A DNA stretch of 64,000 nucleotides, from positions 3,844,001-3,908,000 of the forward strand of contig NW_024704771.1 in NCBI RefSeq assembly GCF_018977255.1, read 5' to 3'. Of the stretch, positions 1-11,520 are shown piece after piece (the first letter of the stretch is position 1; each line of letters starts with the position of its first letter). The notes under the pieces are model-generated. The model was given only the letters and a program-made list of their open reading frames with translations. It ran no database searches and was not told the DNA's origin. This DNA is from Callorhinchus milii. Taxonomy: Eukaryota. A program made the position numbers and the translations under genes.

Positions 1-238
1 AAATCAGTTGAGATGAAGAAAACCCTTCAGTCCATTTGATCTCATCCTCTCAAAATACCAAACCCACCACCTTCCATTCCAGCACCAATCTGTTTCTTAA
101 ATGTGCCCAGTGACCTGACCCGGCATTAACCTCTTCCAGCAGCTGAGTACTTTGGGTTAAAGATATTTCTTCCTTGTAACTTTCCTAAACTTAACTCATG
201 TTGGGTGGATGTCCTAAGGCGAATAATAAGATTAACTC

Positions 239-950
239 ATGCATTCATCACATCGAGGCTTGACTATGCAAACTCTTTGGTTGTTGGCCTCCCCAACTCC
301 TCCTCCTCACGCTGCTGAAACTCTGGTCCACGCCTTTATCACCTCAAGGCTGGACTATGTGAACTCTCCTCGCCGGCCTTCCCGGCCCTCCCTCCACAAT
401 CTGCAGGTCATTCAGAGCTCTGCAGCTCATGGACTGTCCCGCACCAGGCTTCGCGACCACATCACTCCCACCTTCGCTCGCCTCCACTGGCTCCCCATCC
501 CCCAGAGGATCGAATTCAAGATCCTCATCTTCACCTACAAGGCCATTCACGGCCTCGCTCCCTCCTACCTCTCTGACCTACTATCCCCCCACGTACCTGC
601 CCGTACCTTCCGTTCCTCTGGCTCCGGTCTGCTCCGCATCCCCCGCCCCAACCGTCCTACCATTGGTGGCCGGGCCTTCTGCCTCTCAGCCCCGAGGCTC
701 TAGAACTCTATCCCCCAGTGCCTTCGCCGCTTCCTCCCTTTCCTCCTTCAAGGCCGGTCTCAAGACCTTTCTCTTTGACCGAGCCTTCAGCTCCCCTCTC
801 GACTCTCTACCCCCTCCTCGCTCCCCCCCTCCCCTCCCCTCACCCTGACCATTTCCCCCACTGCTCGGGTCCTGATCCAACTGTACAGCACCTTGGGACG
901 TCCTCCCGACGTGACAGGCGCTCTATAAATGGAATCTTGTTGTTGTTGTT
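239..950 (+). mobile_element. L2 LINE 3' fragment (RT C-terminus + 3' tail)
   Basis: Translates to [38 protein letters not shown] and ends in GGGACGTCCTCCCGACGTG..(TTG)n. Confidence 0.85.
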
Positions 951-954
951 GTTC

Positions 955-1452
955 CATAGGCTGCAGATCATCCAGAACTCTACAGCCCGTGTCCTCTCCC
1001 GTACCAGCCTCCATGACCCTATCACCCCCATCCTTGCCTGTTCCACTGGCTTCCCATCAAACAGAGGATACAGTTCAAGATGCTGATCCTCAGCTTCAAA
1101 GCCTTGCGTGGCTTTACTCCCCCCTACTTCTGTGACCTATCCGCTCCCTGCACTTAGTGGGCTCTGGTCTCCTTCACAACCCCTGCCTCAGACGCCCCAC
1201 CATTGGCGGGCAGGCCTTCTGCCACTCTGCCCCCACCCACTGGAACTCCATCTCACCTTGCCCCCCCATTGCCTTCCTTCAAGATCCATCTCAAGAACCT
1301 TCTCTTCGACCATACTTTCAATCACCTGCTTCCCCCGACTGCCCTCCGCCCTCTCTAATCCGGACTCCCAGCTCGGGTCCAAAACATTGACTGTCCAGTT
1401 CCTTGGGATATCCTCCCAACCTGAAAGGTGCTATACAAATGTAATTTTGTTG
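955..1452 (+). mobile_element. Second, more decayed L2 3' fragment
   Basis: Same RT-end and tail motifs, ending in (TTG)n. Confidence 0.7.
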
Positions 1453-1859
1453 TTGTTGTTTATTATTATCCTTGCATTTGATATCGCGCTTTTCACGTTT
1501 TCTGGAAGTCTCAAAGTGCTTCACAGAATATACTGTAAAGTTAATTGACTTAATTGTTAATTGTTCCCTTAGTTTAGCACTTCATATATTCGGATAATGA
1601 ATTTTGGGTTGTTTACAATGTCTATTTCCACTCCCTGGATGATGAAGCCATGTTTTCCTCTCTCCCCTCAGTGATTTCTATTAAATAAATTCATATAACA
1701 ATGAGATGTGACATTGCCATCAGCAGAACACAGATCGGATTGAAAGTGTAGCATGTGAGAGGCTTGTGTTGTGTGTAATACAGTCACATAGGGGTAAATA
1801 TGTTATTGTTGTTTGATATCAGAATAGATGTTTAAATCCCTATTTACATCCCTCGACAG

Positions 1860-4800
1860 ACGAGTTCTTTCCCAAAGTGCCAGTGGATGTGGTGGTTTCC
1901 TCAGTGTTCTTAGGACTTGCCATATTGGTGCTGAGTGTTCTTGTCGGCTACAGTGTAAAACAGCGCAGAGAGATCAAAGGTAAGTTTCCACCAGTTATGT
2001 CTCTCAACCCAAGTCTCAGAACAGTCTGTTTTCATGTAAAAATATTAGTTTTATAAATTTAGATATAAAATAGCCGGTAAACGTTAATGCGAATGTGGGT
2101 CAGAGGTTGATCTAATGACACAGAATCATTCTAATCTCGTTTACCATCCACAGAGACGGAGAGGGGGTTTGCTAGTGGCAATGACATGAGTTTGCTTTTT
2201 GTATGTTGTTCGATTGTGGGAATAACTTCCCCCCCATATAAAATCTGTCTTCATCTTTCTCTGCATAGCTTGTTCTACACATAAAGTGAAAACCAATTGC
2301 AAAATGAGGTGTTAGTAATTCATAATAATAATCAATTTGGAAAATCACCTTTTATGTAAGAAAGAAGTCCCAATTGCTTCACAGGATACACTGTAAATTG
2401 CCGTAACTGTGTTTTGTGGTCAAATGCAGCAGCTAATTTGCATACAGCAACGTCGCACAAACAGACATAAAATGATTGATTTTTTTTTTATTTGGGGAAT
2501 TATCGGCCAGGACACTGGCCAAAACTTACTTTTCTTTTCACATAGTGCCTTGGCTTCTTTAACATCTACCTGAAGACAGATGGGGCCTCGGTTTAATTCT
2601 CACCTGATGGAGAGCACAATACAGCCTCCCCCTCCCCCTGCCCCCCGTTTAGAGACTGAAAATACGGTGAAAGAGGAAGGACTTGAGATGGACTTTGAAG
2701 GTAGCTAAGGAAGGGGCACCAGGAAGGGGCAGATAGTGCAGCAGCAGAGAGTTGGTGTAATCTGGACTGGACATGATGAATGCATGGATTAGGGTCTCAA
2801 CGGCCTGTGGTGGGAGGTTGTGGTGGAAGTGGGTAACGCTATGGAGATGGGGAAAGCCTCTGACCAGCGGCTTCAATCCACAACCTTCTGACTCGGAGGT
2901 GAGAGTCCGGGTGAATTGTGGTGAACTGTTGAGCTGTATTTGCTGTAGTTTATAACGTTGGTTAAAGTTGTAAAGATGCAGATTATTCATCACCATAATG
3001 CAATGTTCAGAATGTTTGTCGCTGCTCCAATCATTTTTCGGTGGTAACAATTTGTTTTTATTCAACAGCTCTTCAGCTAAGACTGGGTAAGCAAAACCAA
3101 CCAACTGTTTCTGTTGTTGAGCAATCTCATTGACATACAGGAGGAGCCGCTTAAACCAGGCACATCGGGACTGGACCTTTTGTCCGGTTTATGTGGCGTC
3201 CAAAGTTAATCAAAGTCCTCTTCCCATCAGCAATCAATCCCAATTTGACTCCGCCCATTCTCTCCCCATTCCTCCGCCTCCCCTCACTGAGTGACAGCCC
3301 AAAGCCACTTGTGAATGGTTGGAGGCCGCTGTCAATCAGCCACACTTTGACTCCTCCCATCTCCATCCCAGAGACTCTTGCGGCGAGTGAGTGGACACAG
3401 TGGTGACCAGCGAGACATTCTGTCCAGATTAACCGATTTTTATCCGAATAAACAATCAGCATTTTGTCAGATTATCAGATCATCACATCGCCAAATAATT
3501 ACATTTACTGTGAAATGTGTTTCACACAATCTTAAACCAGCAGAGAGACAAGACCGAGAGAGGTCAATGTTAATTAACTGAACAGTTATAGAGGTGACAC
3601 AGAGAAAGCTACATAGAGAGACAGAGAGAACAACAACAACAAGATTCCATTTTTTGAGCGCCTTTCACGTCAGGAGGATGTCCCAAGGCTGCAGTTGGGT
3701 CAGGACCCGAGCAGTGGGGGAAATAATCAGGGTTTGTTTAGGGAAGGGAGGGGGCGAGGAGGGGGTAGAGAGTCGAGAGGGGAGCTGAAGGCTCGGTCAA
3801 AGAGAAAGGTCTGGAGACCGACCTTGAAGGAGGAAAGGGAGGAAGCGGCGAAGACACTGGGGGATGGAGTTCCAGAGCCTCGGGGCTGAGAGGCTGAAGG
3901 CCCGGCCACCGATGGTAGGGCGGTTGGGGCGGGGGATGTGGAGCAGACCGGAGCCAGAGGAACGCAGGGTACGGGCAGGTAAGTAGGGGGGATAGTAGGT
4001 CAGAGAGATAGGAGGGAGCGAGGCCATGAATGGCCTTGTAGGTGAGGATGAGGATCTTGAATTCGATCCTCTGGGGGATGGGGAGCCAGTGGAGGCGAGC
4101 GAGGGTGGGAGTGATGTGGTCGCGAAAAGTATACGTTAACTGTAATTATAATTATAACTATAATCAACTGTGAACATTAGGAGGAGATGGACAAAGTTAG
4201 AGAGAAAAGGAGCCTCACAGGGCGAGAAAGAGTTAAAACAATGATGTGAAGCGAGAGAATGATATAATGTGATCTCATGACCTGCCTGAATTCTCTTAAT
4301 TGCCAGCGTTTTAACATTGCAAAAACATGTTATCTGTTATTTGGACGGATATTATGTCAATTCGAATCCAAAGACCTATAGTTTTGCTGGAATCCCTTTA
4401 TTTCTTACAGAATTGTTTATTTTGTCACCTGTCCATCTGGTATTTGATAGTTAACCACTGTTTGGTTTAGCATCCACTGCCTCGCCCGCCCCACCGTTGG
4501 CAGGAGGCCTTCTGCCACTCTGCCCCTACCCTCTGGGACTACATCTCGCAGTCCCTCCGCCTCGCCCGCCCCACCGTTGGCAAGAGGCCTTCTGCCACTC
4601 TGCCCCTACCCTCTGGGACTACATCTCGCAGTCCCTCCGCCTCGCCCCGTACCTTGCCTCCCTCAAGACCCATCTCAAGACACTCCTCTTCGACAGTGGT
4701 TTCAATCACTCTGCTTCCCCCTCTGCCTACCACCCTCCCCAATCCCAAACCCCAGCTCAGGTCTGAAACACTGACTGTCCAGCGATTGGGACGTCCTCCC

Positions 4801-6756
4801 GATGTGAAAGGCACTATACACATGTAATTTTGTTGTTGTTGTTGTGCCTCAGTTAGCTCTGGGGCTGCCTCCTTCCTTGTTGGTGACAAACAAACTATCC
4901 CCTGGTCACATTGTGACCCTTTTTAGCTCCACACAACCTTCATCACAGTCCATTGTTATGGCTCTGTTGTTTCTACACCTCACTCCTATTTGTGCAAAAA
5001 AAATCTTCACTTATTAATATTCAGTCTCTCAGACATGAAAATCTGTGGGTGGGGTCACGTGGAATTAAGTTAAACACAGCCGTGTAGCACTGACCTGATC
5101 ACCTCTCCTTTCTTCTTGTTTCCAGTCAGGAGAAAGCTTACCCACTGTGCAGGTAAGAGTCTCAGTAACCAGAGAACATAATATTCACATAAACCTGTCG
5201 CCTTCATTGCTAAACACTGGGACTGAGGGTCTGAATGGAACTCCTGCAATCTATTACCGACTGGTCAGTGACGTGTAGAATGAACTGGAAGGATACAAAC
5301 TCTGTATAGTAAAAGATAATAATATAAATAAGACAATGGGGAGAAAATGTGACAGTGAAAATATCAGAAAAGTTTATTAAAAGGTGAGAATAAAACTCAG
5401 ATTCTCAGTTTTAGTTTTCGAGCAAATTGGTTCTGAGTTCCAGAATTTCAGTCACCAATTGTTCGTACAGAGACGTCCAGTTTGTGAATGTCGCCGTTTG
5501 ATCCCAACAATGGACTTTCCTGATTCTCCAGGTTTGGGATCAAACCGGTTTATACAATCCAGTCACTGGGAAATCTACTCCCTGTTTATATACAATCCCG
5601 ACACTGGGAAATCCACTCCCTGTTTATATACAATCCAGTCACTGGGAAATCTACTCCCTGTTTATATACAATCCCGACACTGGGAAATCTACTCCCTGTT
5701 TATATACAATCCCGACACTGGGAAATCTACTCCCTGTTTATATACAATCCCGACACTGGGAAATCTACTCCCTGTTTATATACAATCCAGTCACTGGGAA
5801 ATCTACTCCCTGTTTATATACAGGAAAATGATTTAACTTTCCAAATTTACCCCCACACATCATTATATTCCCCCCCCCCCAACACACTCATATTCACCCC
5901 AACACACACATTCCCCCCATTGACACATATCCCTCCAAACACCCTCTCATCCCTCCCACACACACATTCCCCCCAACCGCCCTACATCCACCCCCACACA
6001 TACAGCCCCCCACACACTACAAGTGCGCCGCCTCCCCCACGCGAGCACCTCGCCCCCTATGCACGGGCCGTCCCCACAAACACGCGCACACCCCCCCCCC
6101 ACCACGCACCCCCCCCCCCCACACGCTGTGAGCCTTTGTTTCCAGATATAGTTTTTTTACACACAAAGTCGGAATTTGTGGATTTACCCCTCACTCCACT
6201 TTGTGTTATTTCTCTCTCTCTCTCAGCTCCGGCCGCTCTGACTCTGGATCCTGACACAGCCCATCCCCGGCTCATCCTGTCTGAGGACCTGACCAGTGTG
6301 CGATGCGGAGACAAACTGCAGCAGCTCCTCGACACTCCGAAGAGGTTTAGTGAAGATCTCATCGTCCTGGGATCTGAGGGCTTCACATCAGGGAGACATT
6401 ACTGGGAGGTGCAGGTGGGCAACAAGACTGTGTGGATTGTGGGAGTGGTGAGGGAGTCTGTCAACAAGAAAGAATCAATCACACTGTCACCAGAGGATGG
6501 GGTCTGGGGGGTGTGGCTGTGGTACCAGGACTATGAAGCTCTGACCTCCCCTCCCACCCGCCTGCCCCTGACAGTGAGACCCGGGAAGATCGGGGTGTAC
6601 CTGGACTACGAGGAGGGACAGGTGACATTTTACAATGCTGACGACATGTCTCATCTCCACACTTTCACTGAGAAACTTTATCCTCTCTTCAATCCCTGGC
6701 ATAACGATGACGGGAAAAACTCTGAGCCTCGGAGAATCTGCCCAGTGACAGATTAA
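1860..6756 (+). CDS. Butyrophilin-like gene 1, 3' half (TM + 2 micro-exons + B30.2/PRY-SPRY); Ig exons lie upstream of the window
   Basis: Exons 1860-1979 ([42 protein letters not shown]), 3069-3086 (ALQLRL), 5126-5152 (VRRKLTHCA), 6227-6756 ([16 protein letters not shown]...GRHYWEV...[11 protein letters not shown]..., stop). All AG/GT-bounded, all phase 1-1, same 120/18/27-nt exon sizes as gene 2. Confidence 0.88.
3640..4128 (-). mobile_element. L2 3' fragment
   Basis: Reverse complement of the same L2 3' end, (CAA)n on + strand. Confidence 0.8.
5551..5822. repeat. 38-bp minisatellite, about 7 copies
   Basis: Unit TACAATCC(A/C)G(T/A)CACTGGGAAATCTACTCCCTGTTTATA; CAATCC recurs at 5555, 5593, 5631, 5669, 5707, 5745, 5783. 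Confidence 0.95.
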
Positions 6757-7208
6757 TGAGGAGGAAAACCCTCAGCCATTCCCTCTGTTTGACTGTTATA
6801 ACCTGGAGGTTTGGACGATGCCGAGTGTTTGCTTCTGTGCGTTACCCCACACCAGTTTGGAGCTGAGTTTGTGACGGGAAGTGAAGGGCGGGGCTGAGCG
6901 GGGTCTCCCGGGGAGACGTCAGCTCCACCTTGTACCCCGAGCAGGGAACGCCGTCTATGGCCGACGTCACCGAGCAGCCGCGACACGGCACCTGCACATT
7001 CCAGACCCATCTCAAGACCCTCCTCTGCGACCGTGCTTTCGATCTCCCTGCTTCCCCCGCTTTCCTCCACCACCCGCCCCACCCCTATCCCCAGCTCAGG
7101 CCCGTAATTCTGTCTGTCCAGTGCCTCGGGACGTCCTCCCGACGTGAAAGTCGCTCTACACATGTCATTTTGTGGTGGTGTCGGTTGTCCTGTGAGTTCC
7201 AGGGAACA

Positions 7209-7214
7209 AATAAA
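7209..7214 (+). terminator. Candidate poly(A) signal of BTN-like gene 1
   Basis: First AATAAA noticed after the stop (about 450 nt downstream). Confidence 0.35.
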
Positions 7215-7399
7215 TAATCGAAACCTGCAGTTACCGCTTCACTGCCGCTAAACGGTGGTGTTGCACTGTGAAACTTGCCATATTGCAGTAGATTGACTGA
7301 TGCTCCTTGAGAGCAGCTGAGCAGCATCTGACTGCAGCTGATCTGGGGCTTGGCAACGCATGTCAGAAATAAGTCCGTCCTCCATGATGGTCCTCGATC

Positions 7400-7560
7400 T
7401 GGTCGCCGGGCCAGGTGGGTCCGCAGTATTCCAGGGCACTGCTGATGGCAGCCGAGTCCAGCCTGGCACATCGGCAGGACCTGGCAGGGCAAACCAGTCA
7501 CTGTGGGCAGGGAGTCATCCCACTCAGCTCCTGATAACCCTTCAGCCAAAGCCCTGACAG
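7400..7560. repeat. Unclassified dispersed repeat family (also at about 23590, 24750, 34070-34200, 45850-45985, 57710-57840, 58200-58260)
   Basis: Recurrent GTATTCCAGGGCACT..CCATCGGCAGGACC..CCCACTCAGCTCCTGTTAACCCT block. Confidence 0.6.
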
Positions 7561-8599
7561 GCTGAGTGGACAAGCAGCAGGAAAGCTTGTCAGACAATGA
7601 TTTAAACGTGGCAAGCTTTGCTGTTTCAGCTGCTTAGACTCCAGCGGTCACCACAACGCACGCTCTGGGGTCCCCAAGCTTGGTTCGTGCCAACATGAAC
7701 TAATACTTTGCCCACAAATATACAGTCAATTCACTTTACAGTGTGTTCTGTGAAGCGCTTTGGGATGTCCTCCCGACGTGAAAAGCGCTATATCAAATGC
7801 AAGGATTATTATTATTATTACATCAATAATATTAAACCTTGCGTTTGATACAGCGCCTTATCATGTCTTTCAGACGTCTCAAAGCGATTCACAGAATATA
7901 TTGTAAAGTGAACTGACTGTGTATTTTGTGGGCGAAACTCAACAGTCAGTTGCGCACAGCAGTGTCCCACGACAGTCGTGGACTGAGGGACCACATTTTT
8001 TTCTTTTTTTTGGAAGGACTATTATCCCTGGAAAGTCATCTGCTCGTCGATTAACAACCAGGTTCCCTCCTTACTGTTGGTAAACAGAGATCTAAACTTG
8101 TCTAAGGTTTCGTCCCACCCTGGAATCGAACCCCGGTTCTCTCGCTTGCAAGGCGAGCGCTCTAACCACTACACTGCAGGACACCACAGATGAGGTATTG
8201 TGTCCCTGGGGCAAAATTTGCCCCCATCTTGAGTTCGGCCACAAACTGAGCAGAACAATAACATTGTGAAACAGACACACATCAGAGAAACGTAGCCATT
8301 AATCCAACAGTCTCCAATAACTTTCAGGATCAACAATTGTTGTGAGTTCAATTTTTTGTACGTGTCCGTGGATCTGTTACCTCCGGCCTCGACTACTCTA
8401 ACGCCCTCCTCACTGGTCACTCCGGCTCCACTATCCACAAACTAGGACTCATCGAAAACTCCCCCGCACTTGCTCTCACCCACACTGGTCTCCGTCCCCC
8501 CATCACCCCAGGCCTCGCCAGGCTCCACCGGCTCTCTATCACAGAACAGATCGATTTCAAGATCCTCTCACTCGTCTGCAAATCCCATCACATCCTGAC

Positions 8600-10220
8600 A
8601 TCCCCCGACCTCCCCCACCCGCTCACTCCCAACCTCCCCCACCCGCTCACTCCCGTCCTCCCCCGCCCGCTCACTCCCGACCTCCCCCACCCACTCACTC
8701 CCGACCTCCCCCACCCGCTCACTCCCGACCTCCCCACAAGCTCACTCCCGACCTCCCCCACAAGCTCACTCCCGACCTCCCCCACAAGCTCACTCCCGAC
8801 CTCCCCCGCCCGCTCACTCCCGACCTCCCCACCCGCTCACTCCCGATCTCCCCACCCGCTCACTCCCGACCTCCCCCATCCGCTCACTCCCGACCTCCCC
8901 CGCCCGCTCACTCCCGACCTCCCCCACCCACTCACTCCCGATCTCCCCCTCCCGCTCACTCCCGACCTCCCCAGCCACTCACTCACGACCTCCCCACCCG
9001 CTCACTCCCGACCTCCCCCACCCACTCACTCCCGATCTCCCCCACCCGCTCACTCCCTACCTCCCCCACCCGCTCACTCCCGACCTCCCCCACTCGTTCA
9101 CTCCGACCTCCCCCACCCGCTCACTCCCGACCTCCCCCATCCGCTCACTCACGACCTCCCCCACCCGCTCACTCCCGACCTCCCCCACCGCTCACTCCCG
9201 ACCTCCCCCACCCACTCACTCCCGATCTCCCCCACCCGCTCACTCCCTACCTCCCCCACCCGCTCACTCCCGACCTCCCCACCCGCTCACTCCCGACCTC
9301 CCCCACCGGCTCACCCCCGACCTACCCCACACGCTCACTCCCGACCTCCCCCACCCGCTCACTCCCGACCTCACCGACCCGCTCACTCCCGATCTCCCCC
9401 ACCCGCTCACTCCCGATCTCCCCCACCCACTCACTCCTGACCTCCCCACCCGCTCACTCCCGACCTCCCCCACCCGCTCACTCCCGACCTCCCCCACCCA
9501 CTCACTCCCAACCTCCCTCACCCGCTCACTCCCGACCTCCCCCACCGGCTCACTCCCAACCTCCCCCACCCGCTCACTCCCGACCTCCCCCACCCGCTCA
9601 CTCCGATCACCCCACCCGCTCACTCCCGACCTCCCCCACCCGCTCACTCCCGACCTCCCCCACCCGCTCACTCCCGACCTCCCCCACCCGCTCACTCCCG
9701 ACCTCCCCCACAAGCTCACTCCCGACCTCCCCCACCCACTCACTCCCAACCTCCCCCACCCGCTCACTCCCGACCTCCCCATCCGCTCACTCCCGACCTC
9801 CCCCATCCGCTCACTCCCGATCTCCCCCACCCGCTCACTCCCGACCTCCCCCACCCGCTCACTCCCGACCTCTCCCCACCCGCTCACTCCCGACCTCTCC
9901 CCGCCCGCTCACTCCCGACCTCCCCACCGGCTCACTCCCGACCTCCCCACTCGCTCACTCCCAACCTCCCCCACCCGCTCACTCCTGACCTCCCCCATCC
10001 GCTCACTCCCGACCTCCCCCACCCGCTCACTCCCGACCTCACCGACCCGCTCACTCCCGACCTCCCCCACCCGCTCACTCCCGACCTCCCCCACCGCTCA
10101 CTCCCGACCTCCCCCACCCGCTCACTCCCGACCTCCCCCATCCGCTCACTCCTGATCTCTCCCCACACGCTCACTCCCTACCTCCCCCACCCGCTCACTC
10201 CCGACCTCTCCCACCTGTTC
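8600..10220. repeat. About 24-bp C-rich minisatellite, about 1.6 kb
   Basis: Unit CCCGCTCACTCCCGACCTCCCCCA (22-24 nt variants). Confidence 0.95.
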
Positions 10221-10381
10221 ACTCTACGCTACCCACTGCCACCGCCCTCGCACAATGGGAGCTATATACAAAATATTACAAGTCTGGCGATGGGTCTCCA
10301 GGTGTGTCAGACGCCCGACTGACCCCCAAAAGTATCGGGTGACCCTAATCTTCACTTCTGTTTTAAAAAACCTTTCTAAAT

Positions 10382-10415
10382 GAAAGTGAAACTTAAGATT
10401 CTTTCTCGTTTCACT
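10382..10415 (+). promoter_or_regulatory. ISRE/IRF element (GAAAGTGAAACT) plus an inverted partial IRF site in the putative promoter of BTN-like gene 2
   Basis: GAAAGTGAAACT at 10382-10393 matches the GAAANNGAAA(C/G)T consensus. TTTCTCGTTTCACT at 10402-10415 is an imperfect site on the opposite strand. An unpaired strong donor AAG|GTAAGA at 10469/10470 suggests a non-coding first exon. Confidence 0.55.
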
Positions 10416-10679
10416 CAACGCCATTTTATGTTGTGCTTTGCAACCACTCGTCCCTGACTGCAGAGAAAGGTAAGAGACGCGGACTTTCGGGTCATATGTT
10501 CACTTGAGGAGAGGAGAATGATAGATGCTTTTTAATAGCAGTGTTTCAATGACAGGTTCTCTGTGTGTGTGAAGCCGATGGCTCCACACGGTCAGATCTC
10601 TGTCTCTCTGGGAACCTCCTTGAATTATTTCTGGTTGGGAGTTGCTTGTGCTGCGGACTGTCAGCCTGACCGCCCCTGG

Positions 10680-11520
10680 CACAGGAGCACAGAGAGGGGC
10701 ACAGAGAGGGGCACAGAGAGGGGCACAGAGAGGGGCTGAGAGAGGGGCACAGAGAGGGGCTGAGAGAGGGGCACAGAGAGGGACACAGAGAGGGGGAGAG
10801 GAGCACAGAGAGGGGCTGAGAGAGGGGCACAGAGGGGCTGAGAGAGGGACACAGAGAAGGGCTGAGAGAGGGGCACAGAGAGGGGCACAGTGAGGGGCAC
10901 AGAGAGGGACACAGAGAGGGGGAGAGGGGCACAGAGAGGGGCTGAGAGAGGGGGAGAGGGCACAGAGAGGGGGAGAGAGGGGTTCAGAGAGGGACACAGA
11001 GAGGGGGAGAGGGGCACAGAGAGGGGGAGAGAGGGACACAGAGAGGGGGAGGGGCTGAGGAGGGCACAGAGAGGGGAGAGAGGGGGACACAGAGAGGGGA
11101 GAGAGGGACACAGAGAGGGGGAGGGGCACAGAGCGGGACACAGAGAGGGGGAGAGGGCACAGAGAGGGCACAGAAGGGGAGAGGGCACAGAGAGGGGGAG
11201 AGAGGGACACAGAGAGGGGAGAGGGGCTGAGAGAGGGGCACAGAGAGGGGCTGAGAGGGGGAGAGGGCACAGAGAGGGGGAGAGAGGGGTTCAGAGAGGG
11301 ACACAGGGAGGGGGAGAGGGGCACAGAGAGGGGTTCAGAGAGGGACACAGAGAGGGGGAGAGGGGCACGGAGAGGGGCTGAGAGAGGGAGAGGGGGCACA
11401 GAGAGGGGGAGAGGCGCTGAGAGAGGTGCACAGAGAGGGGGAGAGAGGTGCTGAGAGAGGGGAGAAAGAGGGAAGCGGACAGAGAGAGAGAAAAAGGTGA
11501 TGAGAGAGGGCGAGAGAGAA
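10680..11520. repeat. About 13-bp purine-rich minisatellite
   Basis: Unit GGG(G/A)CACAGAGAG with variants. Confidence 0.9.

Noticed and set aside
239-1548. Long ORFs over L2 fragments (also 21751-22281, 42997-43536, 55007-55546) as host genes
   Set aside because: They are L2 reverse-transcriptase C-terminal remnants with frameshifts and LINE tails.
2269-4439. Other candidate BTN1 micro-exons at 2269-2308 and 4411-4439
   Set aside because: They end in the wrong phase; 3069-3086 fits the phase and matches the gene 2 exon size.
5551-5822. 38-bp repeat array as CRISPR
   Set aside because: Head-to-tail units with no unique spacers, eukaryotic context, no cas genes.
6227-6756. B30.2 exon as a stand-alone TRIM gene
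   Set aside because: No RING/B-box exon seen upstream, while in-phase BTN-type TM and micro-exons are present.
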